64,000 nt of DNA from an uncultured Halobacteriales archaeon (GCA_964502835.1 CAZCYF010000004.1:27548-91547), one strand, 5' to 3'. Positions 26,479 through 37,309 are shown, counted from the first letter of the stretch. The notes: generated by a model from the sequence alone, not told the origin. Program-made: numbers and translations.

Positions 26479-28746
26479 CTACCGAATCGACTCCAGGATG
26501 AGCTGCTGTTCGACCCGCTTGACCTCGTGTTGGACGTCGCGAACGGCGTCGATGTTCGCGCTGATCGAGCTGATGCCCTGATTGACCAGGAAGCGAACCA
26601 TGCGGGGTTTGGACCCGGCCTGGCCACAGATTCCGGTGTCGACGTCGTGGTCGCGACAGGCGTCGATGGTCTGACCGATCAGATCGAGGACGGCCGGATG
26701 GAGCTCGTCGAAGCGGTCGGCCACGCGCTCGTTGTTCCGATCGACCGCGAGCGTGTACTGGGTGAGATCGTTCGTGCCAAAGCTCGCGAAGTCGATGCCG
26801 GCGTCGGCCATGGCCTCGACCCGAAGCGCACTGGCGGGCGTTTCGATCATGACCCCCCAGGTGCGGTCGTCGGGATCGATTCCGGCCCGTTCCAACTGCT
26901 CGCGTGCCGCGATGACGTCCGCCTCGTCATTGACCAGCGGGAACATCACCTCAACGTTGTCATACCCCATGTCATATAGCTGGGCGAACGCCTCCAACTC
27001 GAGGGCGAACATGTCGGGGCGATCGAGGCTCCGTCGGATACCCCGGTAGCCAAGCATGGGATTGTGCTCGTCAGGCTCTTCGTCGCCACCCTTGAGCTGG
27101 CGAAACTCGTCGGTGGGCGCATCGAGCGTGCGCACTCGAACGGGTCGGGGATAGAACTCATCGGCAACCTCACGGATGCCGTCAACGATCTCGCCCACGA
27201 ACGCCTCGGGGCCGTTATCGGCGACGAACCGTTCCGGCGTGGAGCCAAGCGAGAGGACCATGTGCTCGATGCGAAGCAGGCCCACTCCGTCAGCGCCCGT
27301 AGCTGCCGCCCGCGTTGCCGCCTCGGGGATGGAGACGTTGACCTTGACCTCCGTGGCCGTCATCGGCTTGACCGGCGCTTTTGGACGGGCCTCCTCGATC
27401 GGTTCGCGCCCGGCGTCGTCCTCGGGCGTTCCGGTGGTGATCTGGCCCTTGTCGCCGTCGACGGTCACCACCTGCCCGTTCTCGAGGGCATCCGTCCCCG
27501 TTCCGGTCCCGACCACGGCGGGGACGCCGAGCTCGCGTGAGACGATGGCCGCATGGCTCGTCATGCCGCCCTCGTCGGTCACGATCGCGCCCGCACGCTG
27601 CATGGCCGGGACCATGTCCGGCGTCGTCATTTCGGTCACGAGAACGTCACCAGATCCAACCTGATCGAGATGGTCGAGGTTCGTCACGATCCGAACCTCG
27701 CCGCCAGCAGTGCCGGGACTTGCACCAAGCCCCGACAGCAGCTGTTCACCGGCTTCCTCGGCCCGTTGTGCGCCGCCGTTGGCGGCAACCGCGGTCGATT
27801 CCTCGATCGTGGTGATCGGACGAGACTGGAGCACGTAGAGGGTGCCACCCTCGAACGCCCACTCCACGTCCTGTGGCGTGCCGTAGTGGTCCTCGATGGT
27901 GACCGCAAGGTCTCTGAGTGCCACCAGATCGTCCGATTCGAGCACCCGTCGATCCCGGTTCGGTTCGTCGACGGCCACCTCGACGGTGTCCCCCGAATCG
28001 GGATCGCGGACGTGCTTGCGCTTTTTCGTCGCCACCGTGGTCTCGATGAGCTCGCCGGTCTCGCGGTCGATCACGTAATTGTCCGGTGAGACCGCACCGG
28101 AGACGACCGCCTCGCCCAGCCCCCAGGCCGCCTCGACGATCATCCGGTGGTCGCCCGTCGACGGGTGGCTCGTGAACAACACGCCGCTGCGGTCCGCATC
28201 GACCATACGCTGGACGACGACGGCCATGTCGACGTCCTGGCCGAACCCCTGTTCGTTGCGGTAGTAGATGGCCCGTTGGGTGAACAACGAAGCCCAACAC
28301 GACCGGACGGCATCGAGCAGTCCCTCACGGTCGACGTTCAAGAACGTCTCCTGCTGGCCCGCGAAACTGGCATCAGGGAGATCCTCCGCGGTGGCACTTG
28401 AGCGGACCGCCACGAACGGAGCGCCGCCCTCGATGAGGTCGTCATAGGCGTCGAGGAGCTCCTCTCCAAGGGGCTCAGGGAACGGCGTTTCCTCGATGAG
28501 TGCGGCGGCCGTTGACGCGGCCTCCGCGAGCGCGGAGGAGTCGTCGACGTCAACCACGGACACGGCGGACTGGAGGTCCGATTCGATGCCCGCCGCCTGG
28601 ACGAAGCGACGGTACGTGTCGGCCGTGACTACGAACGCCGGCGGTACCGAGAGGCCGGCATCAGCCAGCTCGCCGAGCGAGGCCCCTTTCCCCCCGACGC
28701 GTCCGATGTCGTCGGCACCGAACTCATCCAGCCAGAGAATCGTCAT
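26479..28746 (-). CDS. ppsA: Phosphoenolpyruvate synthase
   Basis: VGGKGASLGEL, AVRSSATAED, GGMTSHAAIVSRE (phospho-His), EHNPMLGYRG, SFGTNDLTQ, GICGQA. Confidence 0.97.
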   Translation of the reverse strand: MTILWLDEFGADDIGRVGGKGASLGELADAGLSVPPAFVVTADTYRRFVQAAGIESDLQSAVSVVDVDDSSALAEAASTAAALIEETPFPEPLGEELLDAYDDLIEGGAPFVAVRSSATAEDLPDASFAGQQETFLNVDREGLLDAVRSCWASLFTQRAIYYRNEQGFGQDVDMAVVVQRMVDADRSGVLFTSHPSTGDHRMIVEAAWGLGEAVVSGAVSPDNYVIDRETGELIETTVATKKRKHVRDPDSGDTVEVAVDEPNRDRRVLESDDLVALRDLAVTIEDHYGTPQDVEWAFEGGTLYVLQSRPITTIEESTAVAANGGAQRAEEAGEQLLSGLGASPGTAGGEVRIVTNLDHLDQVGSGDVLVTEMTTPDMVPAMQRAGAIVTDEGGMTSHAAIVSRELGVPAVVGTGTGTDALENGQVVTVDGDKGQITTGTPEDDAGREPIEEARPKAPVKPMTATEVKVNVSIPEAATRAAATGADGVGLLRIEHMVLSLGSTPERFVADNGPEAFVGEIVDGIREVADEFYPRPVRVRTLDAPTDEFRQLKGGDEEPDEHNPMLGYRGIRRSLDRPDMFALELEAFAQLYDMGYDNVEVMFPLVNDEADVIAAREQLERAGIDPDDRTWGVMIETPASALRVEAMADAGIDFASFGTNDLTQYTLAVDRNNERVADRFDELHPAVLDLIGQTIDACRDHDVDTGICGQAGSKPRMVRFLVNQGISSISANIDAVRDVQHEVKRVEQQLILESIR

Positions 28747-28852
28747 CCTACTCGAGTGGACCGCCGAAGCGCCCATAATGCTTCCGAACCCATCGCTCAG
28801 ACCGCCCCAAGACGTGTCCGAACGCGTCGGCAGGTGCGCGATCGGGTGACGG

Positions 28853-31534
28853 TCAGCGACCCGAACGCTCGACGGTTGGCGGCGAGCCCGCACGGGTTCC
28901 GCCCGTCGGTTCGACGACGACGCCCTCGTTTCCGCGGCGTCGCACGAGCCCTTCAGCGGCGGGGGAGGGCGCTTCGCGCACGAGCCGTTCGACGGACAGC
29001 GCTCCGGACCCAACCCGTTCAAGCAGTGCTTCCACGCGGCCGAGTTCCAGCCGATCATGCAGCAACTCGCGGTAGGTCTCCTCCAGGGGCGGACACGCCG
29101 GAAGCCGCTCGGCGACCCCCAGGAGCAGATCGCTCTTGAACTGCTGCTCCGCGGGCGTCCTCACGTGATCGCCGTATTGACGCAACACCAGCAGCGATCG
29201 GGTCGCATTCATGCGAAAATGGCGTTCGAAGAGCTCGCTCTCCCGGAGACACGTCCGTAACTCGGACTCGAGATCCGCCTCGGCCAGCTCGTGCAACGAC
29301 CCGATAACGTCCAGCCGACAGTTGGTCGGCACGGCGAAGGCGAAGCCGTCGTCGCCGAAAGCCACGGGCACGTTCGCGTCGGTCCGGTGGCGCGCGCGTT
29401 CGGCCAGTAACCGCGCAAGCGCCTCGTTCACGCCGCCACCGGCCCGCGTCCGCACGAAATACCGCCGTCGGTCGGCCGATCGGTCGAGGACCTCCTCGAC
29501 GACCAGGCGGTGATCGGTGACGAGCCCGGCCGTTCCGACCGCGTCGGTCCGGGCTTCGAGTTCGCGGATGACCGCTCGGACGGCATCCTCGTCGAGTCCG
29601 CCACGCTGGCGCAGGGTCGCTCGCGCCCGACCCGGCCCCTCATCGAGGGCCTGCTCGAGTTCGCCCACCAGGGCTCGCGTTCCCGCGGCCAGATGGGCCG
29701 TCGTGGGGCGGCGTTCGGACTCCCACTGGGGGACGGTGGGTGCCTGTTCGGTCGTCTCGACGTACAACGTGCCCCCCTTGCGATAGCGGAACGCGTAACG
29801 ATCACCGCCGAGGACGAACACGTCGCCCGGCTCGAGCACGTCGAGGAACGCATCGTCAAGCTCGCCGACCCAGTCGTCATCATCGATCGTGCGGACCTGG
29901 CAGGCGAAGTCATCGGGGATGGTTCCCACGTTGGTGAAGTAGATCATGCGCGCCAGCCGCCCTCGGCTCCCGATGATCGCCTCACCCGGGGCGAACTGCG
30001 CGCGGTGGCGTTCGCCGTCGGGTGGATCGTTGTGATCGCGCCAGATCTTCGGGTAGACGTTTCGGGCCATGAGATCCGGATCGTCGGCCGACAGATACGC
30101 CAAAATCCCCTCGATGGCCGCGTCAGAGAGGGAACGGTACGGCCACGTCCGACGAAGCACCTCTCCGACGTGAGCCTCGGCGACCGGACCGGCGACGGCC
30201 ATCCCGTACACGTGCTGGACGGCGACGTCAAGGGGAGCGTCGGGGATGCGAAGCGGCTCGATCCGTTCCGCAGTGGCGAGTTCGATCTGGGCCGCACACT
30301 CGAGGAGCTCCCACGGATCGGTGGCGATGACGCGTCCGCGACGGGTAGCACCCACGTGGTGGCCGGCGCGCCCCACACGTTGGACCAGCGTCGAGACGGA
30401 CTTCGCGCTGCCGAGCTGGACCACGAGGTCGACGGTGGGCATGTCCACGCCGAGCTCGAGGCTCGTCGAGGTCGTCACCAAGTCGTAGTCCCCGTCCTTG
30501 AGGCCACCCTCGACGCGTTCGCGTGTGGATCGCCCGAGGGAGCCGTGGTGGCAGGCGCCGCGGTCGTCGTACCCGTCGAATCGCGACCGCATCTCCGTCA
30601 GGACGCGTTCTGCGCCGGCGCGCGAGTTGGTGAACACGAGCGTCGTGTCGTGAGCCTGGACGAGTTCGTGCAGCCGATCGAAGAGGCGGTCTTGGACGGC
30701 CGGATACGGCGTCGTGCGGAGACCGGGTGTGGCCACCTCGAGGCGGAGGTCGAGCGGGCGATCGCCCCGTGCGTCAACGATTGTGCAGGGCCGTGGTCGA
30801 CCCCCCGCGTCGTCGAGGCCGACGAGCATCGCTGCCGCCCGATCAAGGGGTCTGACCGTCGCCGAGCAGCCGATCCGGACGGGCTCCTGGTTGGCCAGCT
30901 GGGAAAGCCGCTCCAGACTCGTCGCCAGATGCACGCCGCGTTTGCGCGTGGCGATGGCGTGGAGTTCGTCGACCACCACGTACTCGACCGTGCGGAGGTG
31001 CTCGCGCATGCGGGGGGCGTTCAATAATATCGCCAGCGTCTCGGGGGTGGTCGCCAGGATGTGCGGCGGGTCCTCACGCATGCGGCGCCGCTCAGCGTCC
31101 GTCGTGTCACCGTGCCGGATGGCGTAGGTGACCTCGCCCACCTCTGCGTCGGTCCGTTCGGCGACGCCCTCGAGGGGGCGAGCGAGGTTGCGCGCGACGT
31201 CGTTCGCCAACGCTCGCATCGGCGCGACGTAGAGGCATCGCATCCCAGGATCGAGCCCGTCGGCGCGCTGGCGTCGGACGAGGTCGTCGATGATGCCCGT
31301 GAACGCCGCCAGCGTCTTGCCCGTCCCCGTCGGTGCCGTCACGAGGGTATTCGTTCCGGCCATGATCGCCGGGAATGCCCCCCGTTGGGGGCGGGTAAAC
31401 GCGCGTCCGTCCGCGGCGCCAAAGCGATCGCGCCACCACGCGGCGACGGCGTCGTCGAGACGGCCATACAGGGCCGCATCGGAGGGGCCTCCGTCCGGCG
31501 CCACGGTCACCGTCTCGAAGGCCCCCGTCTCCAT
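28853..31534 (-). CDS. lhr: Lhr-family ATP-dependent helicase
   Basis: TAPTGTGKT, ATTPE, VVDELH, IGCSAT, HHGSL, SLELGVD, QRVGRAGH, PLDVAVQH, VPQW. Confidence 0.93.
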   Translation of the reverse strand: METGAFETVTVAPDGGPSDAALYGRLDDAVAAWWRDRFGAADGRAFTRPQRGAFPAIMAGTNTLVTAPTGTGKTLAAFTGIIDDLVRRQRADGLDPGMRCLYVAPMRALANDVARNLARPLEGVAERTDAEVGEVTYAIRHGDTTDAERRRMREDPPHILATTPETLAILLNAPRMREHLRTVEYVVVDELHAIATRKRGVHLATSLERLSQLANQEPVRIGCSATVRPLDRAAAMLVGLDDAGGRPRPCTIVDARGDRPLDLRLEVATPGLRTTPYPAVQDRLFDRLHELVQAHDTTLVFTNSRAGAERVLTEMRSRFDGYDDRGACHHGSLGRSTRERVEGGLKDGDYDLVTTSTSLELGVDMPTVDLVVQLGSAKSVSTLVQRVGRAGHHVGATRRGRVIATDPWELLECAAQIELATAERIEPLRIPDAPLDVAVQHVYGMAVAGPVAEAHVGEVLRRTWPYRSLSDAAIEGILAYLSADDPDLMARNVYPKIWRDHNDPPDGERHRAQFAPGEAIIGSRGRLARMIYFTNVGTIPDDFACQVRTIDDDDWVGELDDAFLDVLEPGDVFVLGGDRYAFRYRKGGTLYVETTEQAPTVPQWESERRPTTAHLAAGTRALVGELEQALDEGPGRARATLRQRGGLDEDAVRAVIRELEARTDAVGTAGLVTDHRLVVEEVLDRSADRRRYFVRTRAGGGVNEALARLLAERARHRTDANVPVAFGDDGFAFAVPTNCRLDVIGSLHELAEADLESELRTCLRESELFERHFRMNATRSLLVLRQYGDHVRTPAEQQFKSDLLLGVAERLPACPPLEETYRELLHDRLELGRVEALLERVGSGALSVERLVREAPSPAAEGLVRRRGNEGVVVEPTGGTRAGSPPTVERSGR

Positions 31535-31619
31535 GTCGAACCGGAAGCCGTCAACCTCCTTGAAGGGTGCGCCTCGCCTGGCCCACCCCTTTTTGCCGAA
31601 CGGGGACCCACCCGATGGC

Positions 31620-32384
31620 GTGTCACGACGCGATGCCACCATCGAGGTGACCTTCCTCGGGACGGGCGCAGCCATGCCCTCGGGCGATCGCTACCAGACG
31701 GGGGTCCTCGTGAGCACGGGCGACCGACGCGTGCTCGTCGACTGTGGGAGCGGCGTCTTGCACCGGCTCCAGCAATGTGGCGTCGGCTACGAGGCGATCG
31801 AGACGGTTCTGTTGACCCACCACCACCTCGACCACGTCTCGGACCTCCTGCCGCTGATGAAGGCTCGCTGGCTGGCGGGCGAGGAATCGCTCACCGTGGT
31901 TGGACCGGCCGATACCCACGAGCTCGTCGATGACCTCCTCGCGACACATTCGTACATGCAAGATCGTCTCGATCTCGAGGTGCGCGAAATCGGACCCGGC
32001 GGGCACACGATCGCGGGCTTCGCGGTCGAGGCCGTCGAAACGATCCATTCGGTGCCGTGTCTGGCGTATCAGTTCGACGAGCGAGTGACGGTCTCGGGCG
32101 ACACGGAGCCAAGCGAAGCCGTCATTGAGCTCGCCGAGGGATGCCCCCTGCTCGTCCACGAATGTGCCTTCCCCGACGATGTGGACGCCGGCAATCACAC
32201 CCGACCGAGCGAACTCGGCTCCCTGCTCGCTGGCCGTGATATCGGCCGCGTCTATCTCACCCACCTCTATCCGCACTGTCGGGGCAACGAGGCAGCCATG
32301 CAGGCCACGATCGCCGATGCGTGGGGTGGTGACGTGACCATCGCCGAGGACCTCCTCACCGTCCGCGTCTCAGCGAACGACTAA
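31620..32384 (+). CDS. MBL-fold metallohydrolase (RNase Z/BN-like)
   Basis: TFLGTG, LVDCGSG, THHHLDH, SGDT, HEC, LTHLYP. The start is uncertain (GTG 31620 or 31647). Confidence 0.88.
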   Translation: MSRRDATIEVTFLGTGAAMPSGDRYQTGVLVSTGDRRVLVDCGSGVLHRLQQCGVGYEAIETVLLTHHHLDHVSDLLPLMKARWLAGEESLTVVGPADTHELVDDLLATHSYMQDRLDLEVREIGPGGHTIAGFAVEAVETIHSVPCLAYQFDERVTVSGDTEPSEAVIELAEGCPLLVHECAFPDDVDAGNHTRPSELGSLLAGRDIGRVYLTHLYPHCRGNEAAMQATIADAWGGDVTIAEDLLTVRVSAND

Positions 32385-32393
32385 CTGGTTCGG

Positions 32394-33464
32394 TCACTCG
32401 ACCGGATACCGCAGGAGGGCCGCGATACCGCCGAGGCTCGACAGTTGGCGGCCAGGCTCGCCGTCAGAGGAGAGCACCCGAGCGGTGCCGCCTTGTTGCT
32501 CGACGGTGGTGATAATCTCGTCAACGTCAACCGGCCAAGACGCGTTGTCACCGCGCTCACGTCGGAGCCGGTCGTCGAGCACGCAGAGGGTCTCGACGGC
32601 GCCGTACTCCGCAACGCGGGCGGTCTCCTCGGGGCCATAGGTCACGGTTCGGGGAGCCTCCCTGAGCCGGTCGAGGAGGTCGTCCATGAGCGTGGCTTCC
32701 TCGGCGATCCGGGTCTCCCGCCTGAGGTCGTCGACGACGCCACGGCGCAGTACCTCCTGGACGCCCCGCTCGCCGATGGCGCTGGTGTCGACGACGCGGA
32801 CGTCCGCGGCCAGGTCGGGAAGTTCCTTCGTGAGGTACCGGTGGCAGTCCTGCTTCGTGAATCCTGGGCCGGCGAGGACGATGGCGTCGACGTCGACGCG
32901 AGCCAACAAGGCCGCCACCTCCGCAAAGAGCTCGGCTCTCGTCGAGGTGCCACTTCGCTTGCCGGAGCCGGCCGTGAGCGTGGCGCGGTGCTCGGGGCCA
33001 TGCTGGGCAACCTCGTGAACCTCGGCGAGACCCTCCTCAATGGTCACGATGAGCACGTCGGGTTCGTCCGTCGCCGCCTGCGCCTCCTCGAGGCGTTCGC
33101 GTTGGTCCGGCTTGAAGGCCTTCTCCAGTTCGAGGCGATCGTGCACCTCGAGGTTCACCGTGTGGTGGTGGCCGAGTTGGTCCTCTCGCGAGCAGGCGAC
33201 GATTTCGCCCCCGAGGCGCAGTCGCTCGGCGAACCGGTCGAACTCGATGTCCTCGATGCGAAGCGTCGCCGACATCGACTCACGAGAGCCACCCGTATCC
33301 CGGAGGTGTTCCTCCTCGCGCTGGATGCGCCGGTCGATCGATGTCGCGATCCGGTCGCCGGGTTCGACGACATACTGGAGGTGCCAGAGGTCCTCGGTCG
33401 TGTCGGGGACGATGCCGACCCGCTCGAGCTCGGGATCGTCTGGCTCGAGCGTCTCGACGCGCAT
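32394..33464 (-). CDS. pelA: mRNA surveillance/ribosome rescue protein Pelota
   Basis: DLWHL, VLAGPGF, YGPEET, LSSLGGIAALLRY. Confidence 0.95.
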   Translation of the reverse strand: MRVETLEPDDPELERVGIVPDTTEDLWHLQYVVEPGDRIATSIDRRIQREEEHLRDTGGSRESMSATLRIEDIEFDRFAERLRLGGEIVACSREDQLGHHHTVNLEVHDRLELEKAFKPDQRERLEEAQAATDEPDVLIVTIEEGLAEVHEVAQHGPEHRATLTAGSGKRSGTSTRAELFAEVAALLARVDVDAIVLAGPGFTKQDCHRYLTKELPDLAADVRVVDTSAIGERGVQEVLRRGVVDDLRRETRIAEEATLMDDLLDRLREAPRTVTYGPEETARVAEYGAVETLCVLDDRLRRERGDNASWPVDVDEIITTVEQQGGTARVLSSDGEPGRQLSSLGGIAALLRYPVE

Positions 33465-33508
33465 GCCTCAGGGGTACCCCCGGTCGGACATGAAGGTGGC
33501 CATCACGC

Positions 33509-35566
33509 TCAATCGTCGACGATCCGCGAGCCCCCTGGCGGGAGGAACGGTTGGATGCGGTCCGCACTCGCAACCCGTCGGACGAACCGTTCGTCCTCGA
33601 AGGCGCCTCGGAACCGCCGATAGAGGCGCTTGGCCACGTCCGATTGCGCGAACCGGCCGGGTTCGAGGTCGGCGCCCACCTCCACCCGGTCGGTGACCGC
33701 CGACGGCGGGCCGCCCACCACGCGCGTCTCGGGGGCACAGCTGATCCCAATGGTGACGCCGACGGCCACGTCGCGGAAGTAGCGGCGATCGCCACGGACG
33801 GCGAACGCCCCCGTGTCGAGGTATTCGCCGCTTTCGGCCTCCTTCGTGAGCTGATCGGGCTCGACCACGTAGGCGTCACCCGTATAGTGGCCATCCTTCC
33901 AGACGGAGGAGTACGAGACGGCAAACTGTGCTGCCTCCTCGAGGGTCCCCTCGGGAAACGTCACGTCACGCGCGGATTCATCGGGTGCGCTGGCCTTGAT
34001 GACCGTCACGGGTCCCCCGTGTGCCTGGGAATGGACGACCCGATCGGTGGGTTCGGTGTATTTGTTGACCAGCTCCTCGTTCTGTTTGGCCGATCGCCCA
34101 CCGATCACCAGGAACTCATCCGAGGTGTGAAACCACCGGAACCGCTCGTACCAATGGTCCGCGGCCCGAATCGGGATCGACGACCGGTTGCGCCAGTCCG
34201 TTGGTTCCGCCGGGGAGGACGGCGTCTCGGCCGGTGAGTCGGCCAACGCCTCGAGTTCCTGCCGGGTCTCCTCGAGCGCGTCGATGGCTCCCTCGCGCTT
34301 TTGTTCGAGTTCTTTCGCCTCCCGATAGAGCCGTTCGGCGTTGTGTTCGAGGCTCTCGTCGACCTCGAGGTCGATGCGGTCACCGTCGAGCGAAATTGTG
34401 AGGCGATTGGCGGCGGGGTCGACCGCTTCGACCAGGCGGGCCGCCTCGAGCCCGCGTTCGGCGCCGGTCGCGAGCCGCGCCTCGATGTCCGCCCAGCTCA
34501 TCCCCTCGGACGCGGCCTGGCGGACGTGCTCGAGGAGCTCGTTCACGGGCTCGTACCGGGCATAGAGCCGTTCGGCTTGGGCCCGCAGCCTGTCGGCCTC
34601 CTGCTCGTACTCCTCGATGGCCGCCGTCTGCTGGTCGATGATACGCTCAAGCTTGGCGCGCTCGTCGTCGCGGTCATCGTGGCGGTCGTCATCGCGCCGT
34701 TCGGGGAGGTTGTGGAAGTACACGTCGACCGCCTCGTTCATGGAATCGATCGCGTCCGACGACAGCTCGGCACGCGTCTCGAGCGGAACCGGTGCCACGT
34801 CCACCACACCCCGGTCATCGGCGTAGATTCGAGGATCGAAGTCGAGGCTCTCGATGCGATCGCCGAGCGTTTCGAGCACGCCATGGATGGCTTCGAATGC
34901 GGTGTCATCAAGCTCGTCGATCGAACGGTCCTGTGCGACGTCAGCCCGGGCACAGACCTCCCTCGCGTATCGGCCACCGAGGTTGACCGTCGTCGCCAGC
35001 GTTCGCACTACATCGGTGTCGGATTCGCGCATCGTCGCCCGGAGCTCGTCCGCCGAGAGTCGAAACGGGTGGACGCGCGACGCCGGTGGGTCGTACGTGC
35101 CGCCGGGGCGAACCGTCCGCGATTGGAGACGAACCGTTCGGAGGCAGTCGATGATCGTCTCATCGGTGCCAATCACGATCACGTTTCCATCACCGAACAG
35201 CTCGAAGACGAGGTCGACGGTCCCGCCCTCGACGTCGAAGCTGACGGTGATGATGCGATCGAACTCGTGTTGCTCGACGGCCGCCAGTCGACCGCCCGAC
35301 AGGCGATTGCGCAACATTTTGGCGACGTTCGGCGGTCGGGTCGGTGCCGCTGGCAGTCGGTCGGGGTCGGCCAAATGGAGTCGTTTCCAGTCGCCCGCCT
35401 GCCCGAGGAGCTCGAGGCGGCCACGGTCCGGGTGGCGAAGCTTGAGCCGATAGAGCTCCTCCTCGGGGTAGACGTAGGCCTTTTGCAGGTACGCACCCGA
35501 GGCGGCGGCGCATTCGGCCCGGATCGCCGCGAGGTCGACGCTGGCGAGCTCTCGCGTCGGCTCCAT
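33509..35566 (-). CDS. rqcH: Ribosome quality-control factor RqcH/Rqc2 (NFACT family)
   Basis: N-terminal NFACT-N (LFGDGNVI), coiled coil, WYERFRWF, GGRSAKQNEELV, ESGEYL..GAFAVRG. Confidence 0.95.
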   Translation of the reverse strand: MEPTRELASVDLAAIRAECAAASGAYLQKAYVYPEEELYRLKLRHPDRGRLELLGQAGDWKRLHLADPDRLPAAPTRPPNVAKMLRNRLSGGRLAAVEQHEFDRIITVSFDVEGGTVDLVFELFGDGNVIVIGTDETIIDCLRTVRLQSRTVRPGGTYDPPASRVHPFRLSADELRATMRESDTDVVRTLATTVNLGGRYAREVCARADVAQDRSIDELDDTAFEAIHGVLETLGDRIESLDFDPRIYADDRGVVDVAPVPLETRAELSSDAIDSMNEAVDVYFHNLPERRDDDRHDDRDDERAKLERIIDQQTAAIEEYEQEADRLRAQAERLYARYEPVNELLEHVRQAASEGMSWADIEARLATGAERGLEAARLVEAVDPAANRLTISLDGDRIDLEVDESLEHNAERLYREAKELEQKREGAIDALEETRQELEALADSPAETPSSPAEPTDWRNRSSIPIRAADHWYERFRWFHTSDEFLVIGGRSAKQNEELVNKYTEPTDRVVHSQAHGGPVTVIKASAPDESARDVTFPEGTLEEAAQFAVSYSSVWKDGHYTGDAYVVEPDQLTKEAESGEYLDTGAFAVRGDRRYFRDVAVGVTIGISCAPETRVVGGPPSAVTDRVEVGADLEPGRFAQSDVAKRLYRRFRGAFEDERFVRRVASADRIQPFLPPGGSRIVDD

Positions 35567-35617
35567 GACCTCCTCTCGTCAGGGCCCGACAATAAGGACG
35601 TGGAAGCGATCGCGCGC

Positions 35618-37270
35618 TCAGTCGAGGGCGGTCGACACGTACGCGCCGTCCTGGCGATAGCCGAGCTTGTCGCGATAGTAGGCTCGGGCGCCGATACCGG
35701 CGATTACGCTGAGCTTGTCGTATCCGTCCCGGCGAGCGACCGATTCGGCCTCGCGCATCAACCGACGGCCGAGACCGCGATGTTGCCACGCGCCGTCGTG
35801 GTCCCCGAGGGGAACTTGACTGCCGTAGACGTGCAATTCGCGCACGACCGCCGCCCCCTGGAGCTCGGGGCGCCGTGGCCGAGCTGGATAGCGAAGCCGA
35901 CAGAAGCCGACCAGGACGTCCGTCTCGGGATCCTCGAGCGCAATGAAGTGTTCATCGCCGCCGACGGCCTCGTAGCGCCGCGTGACCAGCTCCACCGCGT
36001 CGGGATCGGGTGCGGCCTGGGCGTGGCCGGCCTCCCGACACCGGATGCACCGACATCGCTCGTTGCGCTCCTCGAGAATCTCGCGAGCCAGCTGGCGCAG
36101 GTTCGACTTCTGTACGCCCGCTTCGATGAAGTCCGCCGGAATGTCGCGCTGGACGCGCTGGATGCGGGTATACGGTGGCACCTCTCGTTTGATGTCGGCC
36201 ACCAGTTCGGCCGCCGCCTCGCTGTCCAACGGGTCATACGTCCCCTGCCGCCACCAGTCGTAGACCACGGTGCCGGGCACGACCAACGTCGGATAGAGCT
36301 TCAGGTAATCGGGTCGCCATTCGGGGCGGTCGAACAGCCGCCTGGCGTCGGTCAGCGCCATCGACGGCGTGGTCCCCGGCTGGCCGGGCATCATGTGCAT
36401 ACCGACCTTGAACCCGGCGTCGCGGAGCCGCCGGTTCGCCCGGATGGAGGCGTCCGTGCCGTGGCCACGGTTGAGCTCGCGGTTGACCCGTTCGAACGTC
36501 GTCTGGACGCCGAGTTCCACCTTCGTGCCTCCGAGATCGAGCATCCGGTCGATCTGCTCGTCACCACACCAGTCCGGCTTGGTCTCGAAGGTGGTGGCGA
36601 CGTTCCGGACCGCGGCGCGCTCGTTGCGGGCGATGACGTCCTCGAGGTAGGCACCGTCGGACGGTGGCGCCATCTCCATGGCCGCCTCCGGCGTCGGCGG
36701 GTCCATCGGATCGAACGTATTCATCGCCCGAAGCGCCCGGCGCACGAACCAGGCCTGATAGTCGTGGCTGCGCGCTGGAAGCGTCCCGCCCATCAGGATC
36801 AACTCGACCTTGTCCGTCGGATGGCCAATGTATCGGAGCTGGGCGAGGCGGAGCAACGTCTGGCGGTACGGGTCGTACTCGACCTGGTCACCGCGTGCGG
36901 CGGCGGGTTCGTGGCCGGTGTAACTCTGCGCGCTGGAGAAGGTCGAATCCGGACCCCCCGGACAGTACAGGCATTTGCCGTGGGGGCACCGTGCCGGACT
37001 CGTCATCAGGGCGACCGGTGAGACGCCCGATGCGGTTCGCACGGGTTTGCGACGCAACACCTCCTCGGCCGCCTCCCGCTGGTCGGGCGTGGCGTGCGCC
37101 AGGATCTCACCGTTTGAGGGGACGGCCGTCCCACCGAACTCCCGGCAGCGTTCACGTTTGCGTGCCTCCAGTGAGGCCCGATCGACACGGCCCTCGAGGA
37201 CATCCTGAAGGAGGGCCTGACAGACCTCCTCAAACGACTCCGTCGACTCGGCCGTCTGGCCCTCGGACAT
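35618..37270 (-). CDS. elp3: Elp3 radical SAM/GNAT tRNA U34 modification enzyme
   Basis: CPHGKCLYCPGG, ETKPDW, KLYPTLV, RCRCIRCRE, VRELHVYG, QHRGLG. Confidence 0.96.
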   Translation of the reverse strand: MSEGQTAESTESFEEVCQALLQDVLEGRVDRASLEARKRERCREFGGTAVPSNGEILAHATPDQREAAEEVLRRKPVRTASGVSPVALMTSPARCPHGKCLYCPGGPDSTFSSAQSYTGHEPAAARGDQVEYDPYRQTLLRLAQLRYIGHPTDKVELILMGGTLPARSHDYQAWFVRRALRAMNTFDPMDPPTPEAAMEMAPPSDGAYLEDVIARNERAAVRNVATTFETKPDWCGDEQIDRMLDLGGTKVELGVQTTFERVNRELNRGHGTDASIRANRRLRDAGFKVGMHMMPGQPGTTPSMALTDARRLFDRPEWRPDYLKLYPTLVVPGTVVYDWWRQGTYDPLDSEAAAELVADIKREVPPYTRIQRVQRDIPADFIEAGVQKSNLRQLAREILEERNERCRCIRCREAGHAQAAPDPDAVELVTRRYEAVGGDEHFIALEDPETDVLVGFCRLRYPARPRRPELQGAAVVRELHVYGSQVPLGDHDGAWQHRGLGRRLMREAESVARRDGYDKLSVIAGIGARAYYRDKLGYRQDGAYVSTALD

Positions 37271-37309
37271 CACCTCGGTCGAGGTCGGACCAGCCAAAAA
37301 GGGTGTCGC

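Noticed and set aside
28747-28800. TACTCGAGTG next to the ppsA start, checked as a possible TrmB site
   Set aside because: The haloarchaeal TrmB motif as I recall it needs a 7-8 nt spacer between the TACT and GAGTA half-sites. Here they abut, so it most likely reflects the common CTCGAG hexamer.
35567-35620. elp3 and rqcH are in the same frame (51-nt gap), raising the idea of a readthrough fusion
   Set aside because: A second in-frame TGA lies within the spacer.
34301-37021. 906-aa plus-strand ORF antisense to rqcH and elp3
   Set aside because: It is a shadow ORF in codon register with two real minus-strand genes that happen to share a frame. High GC suppresses stops, and the product has no motifs.
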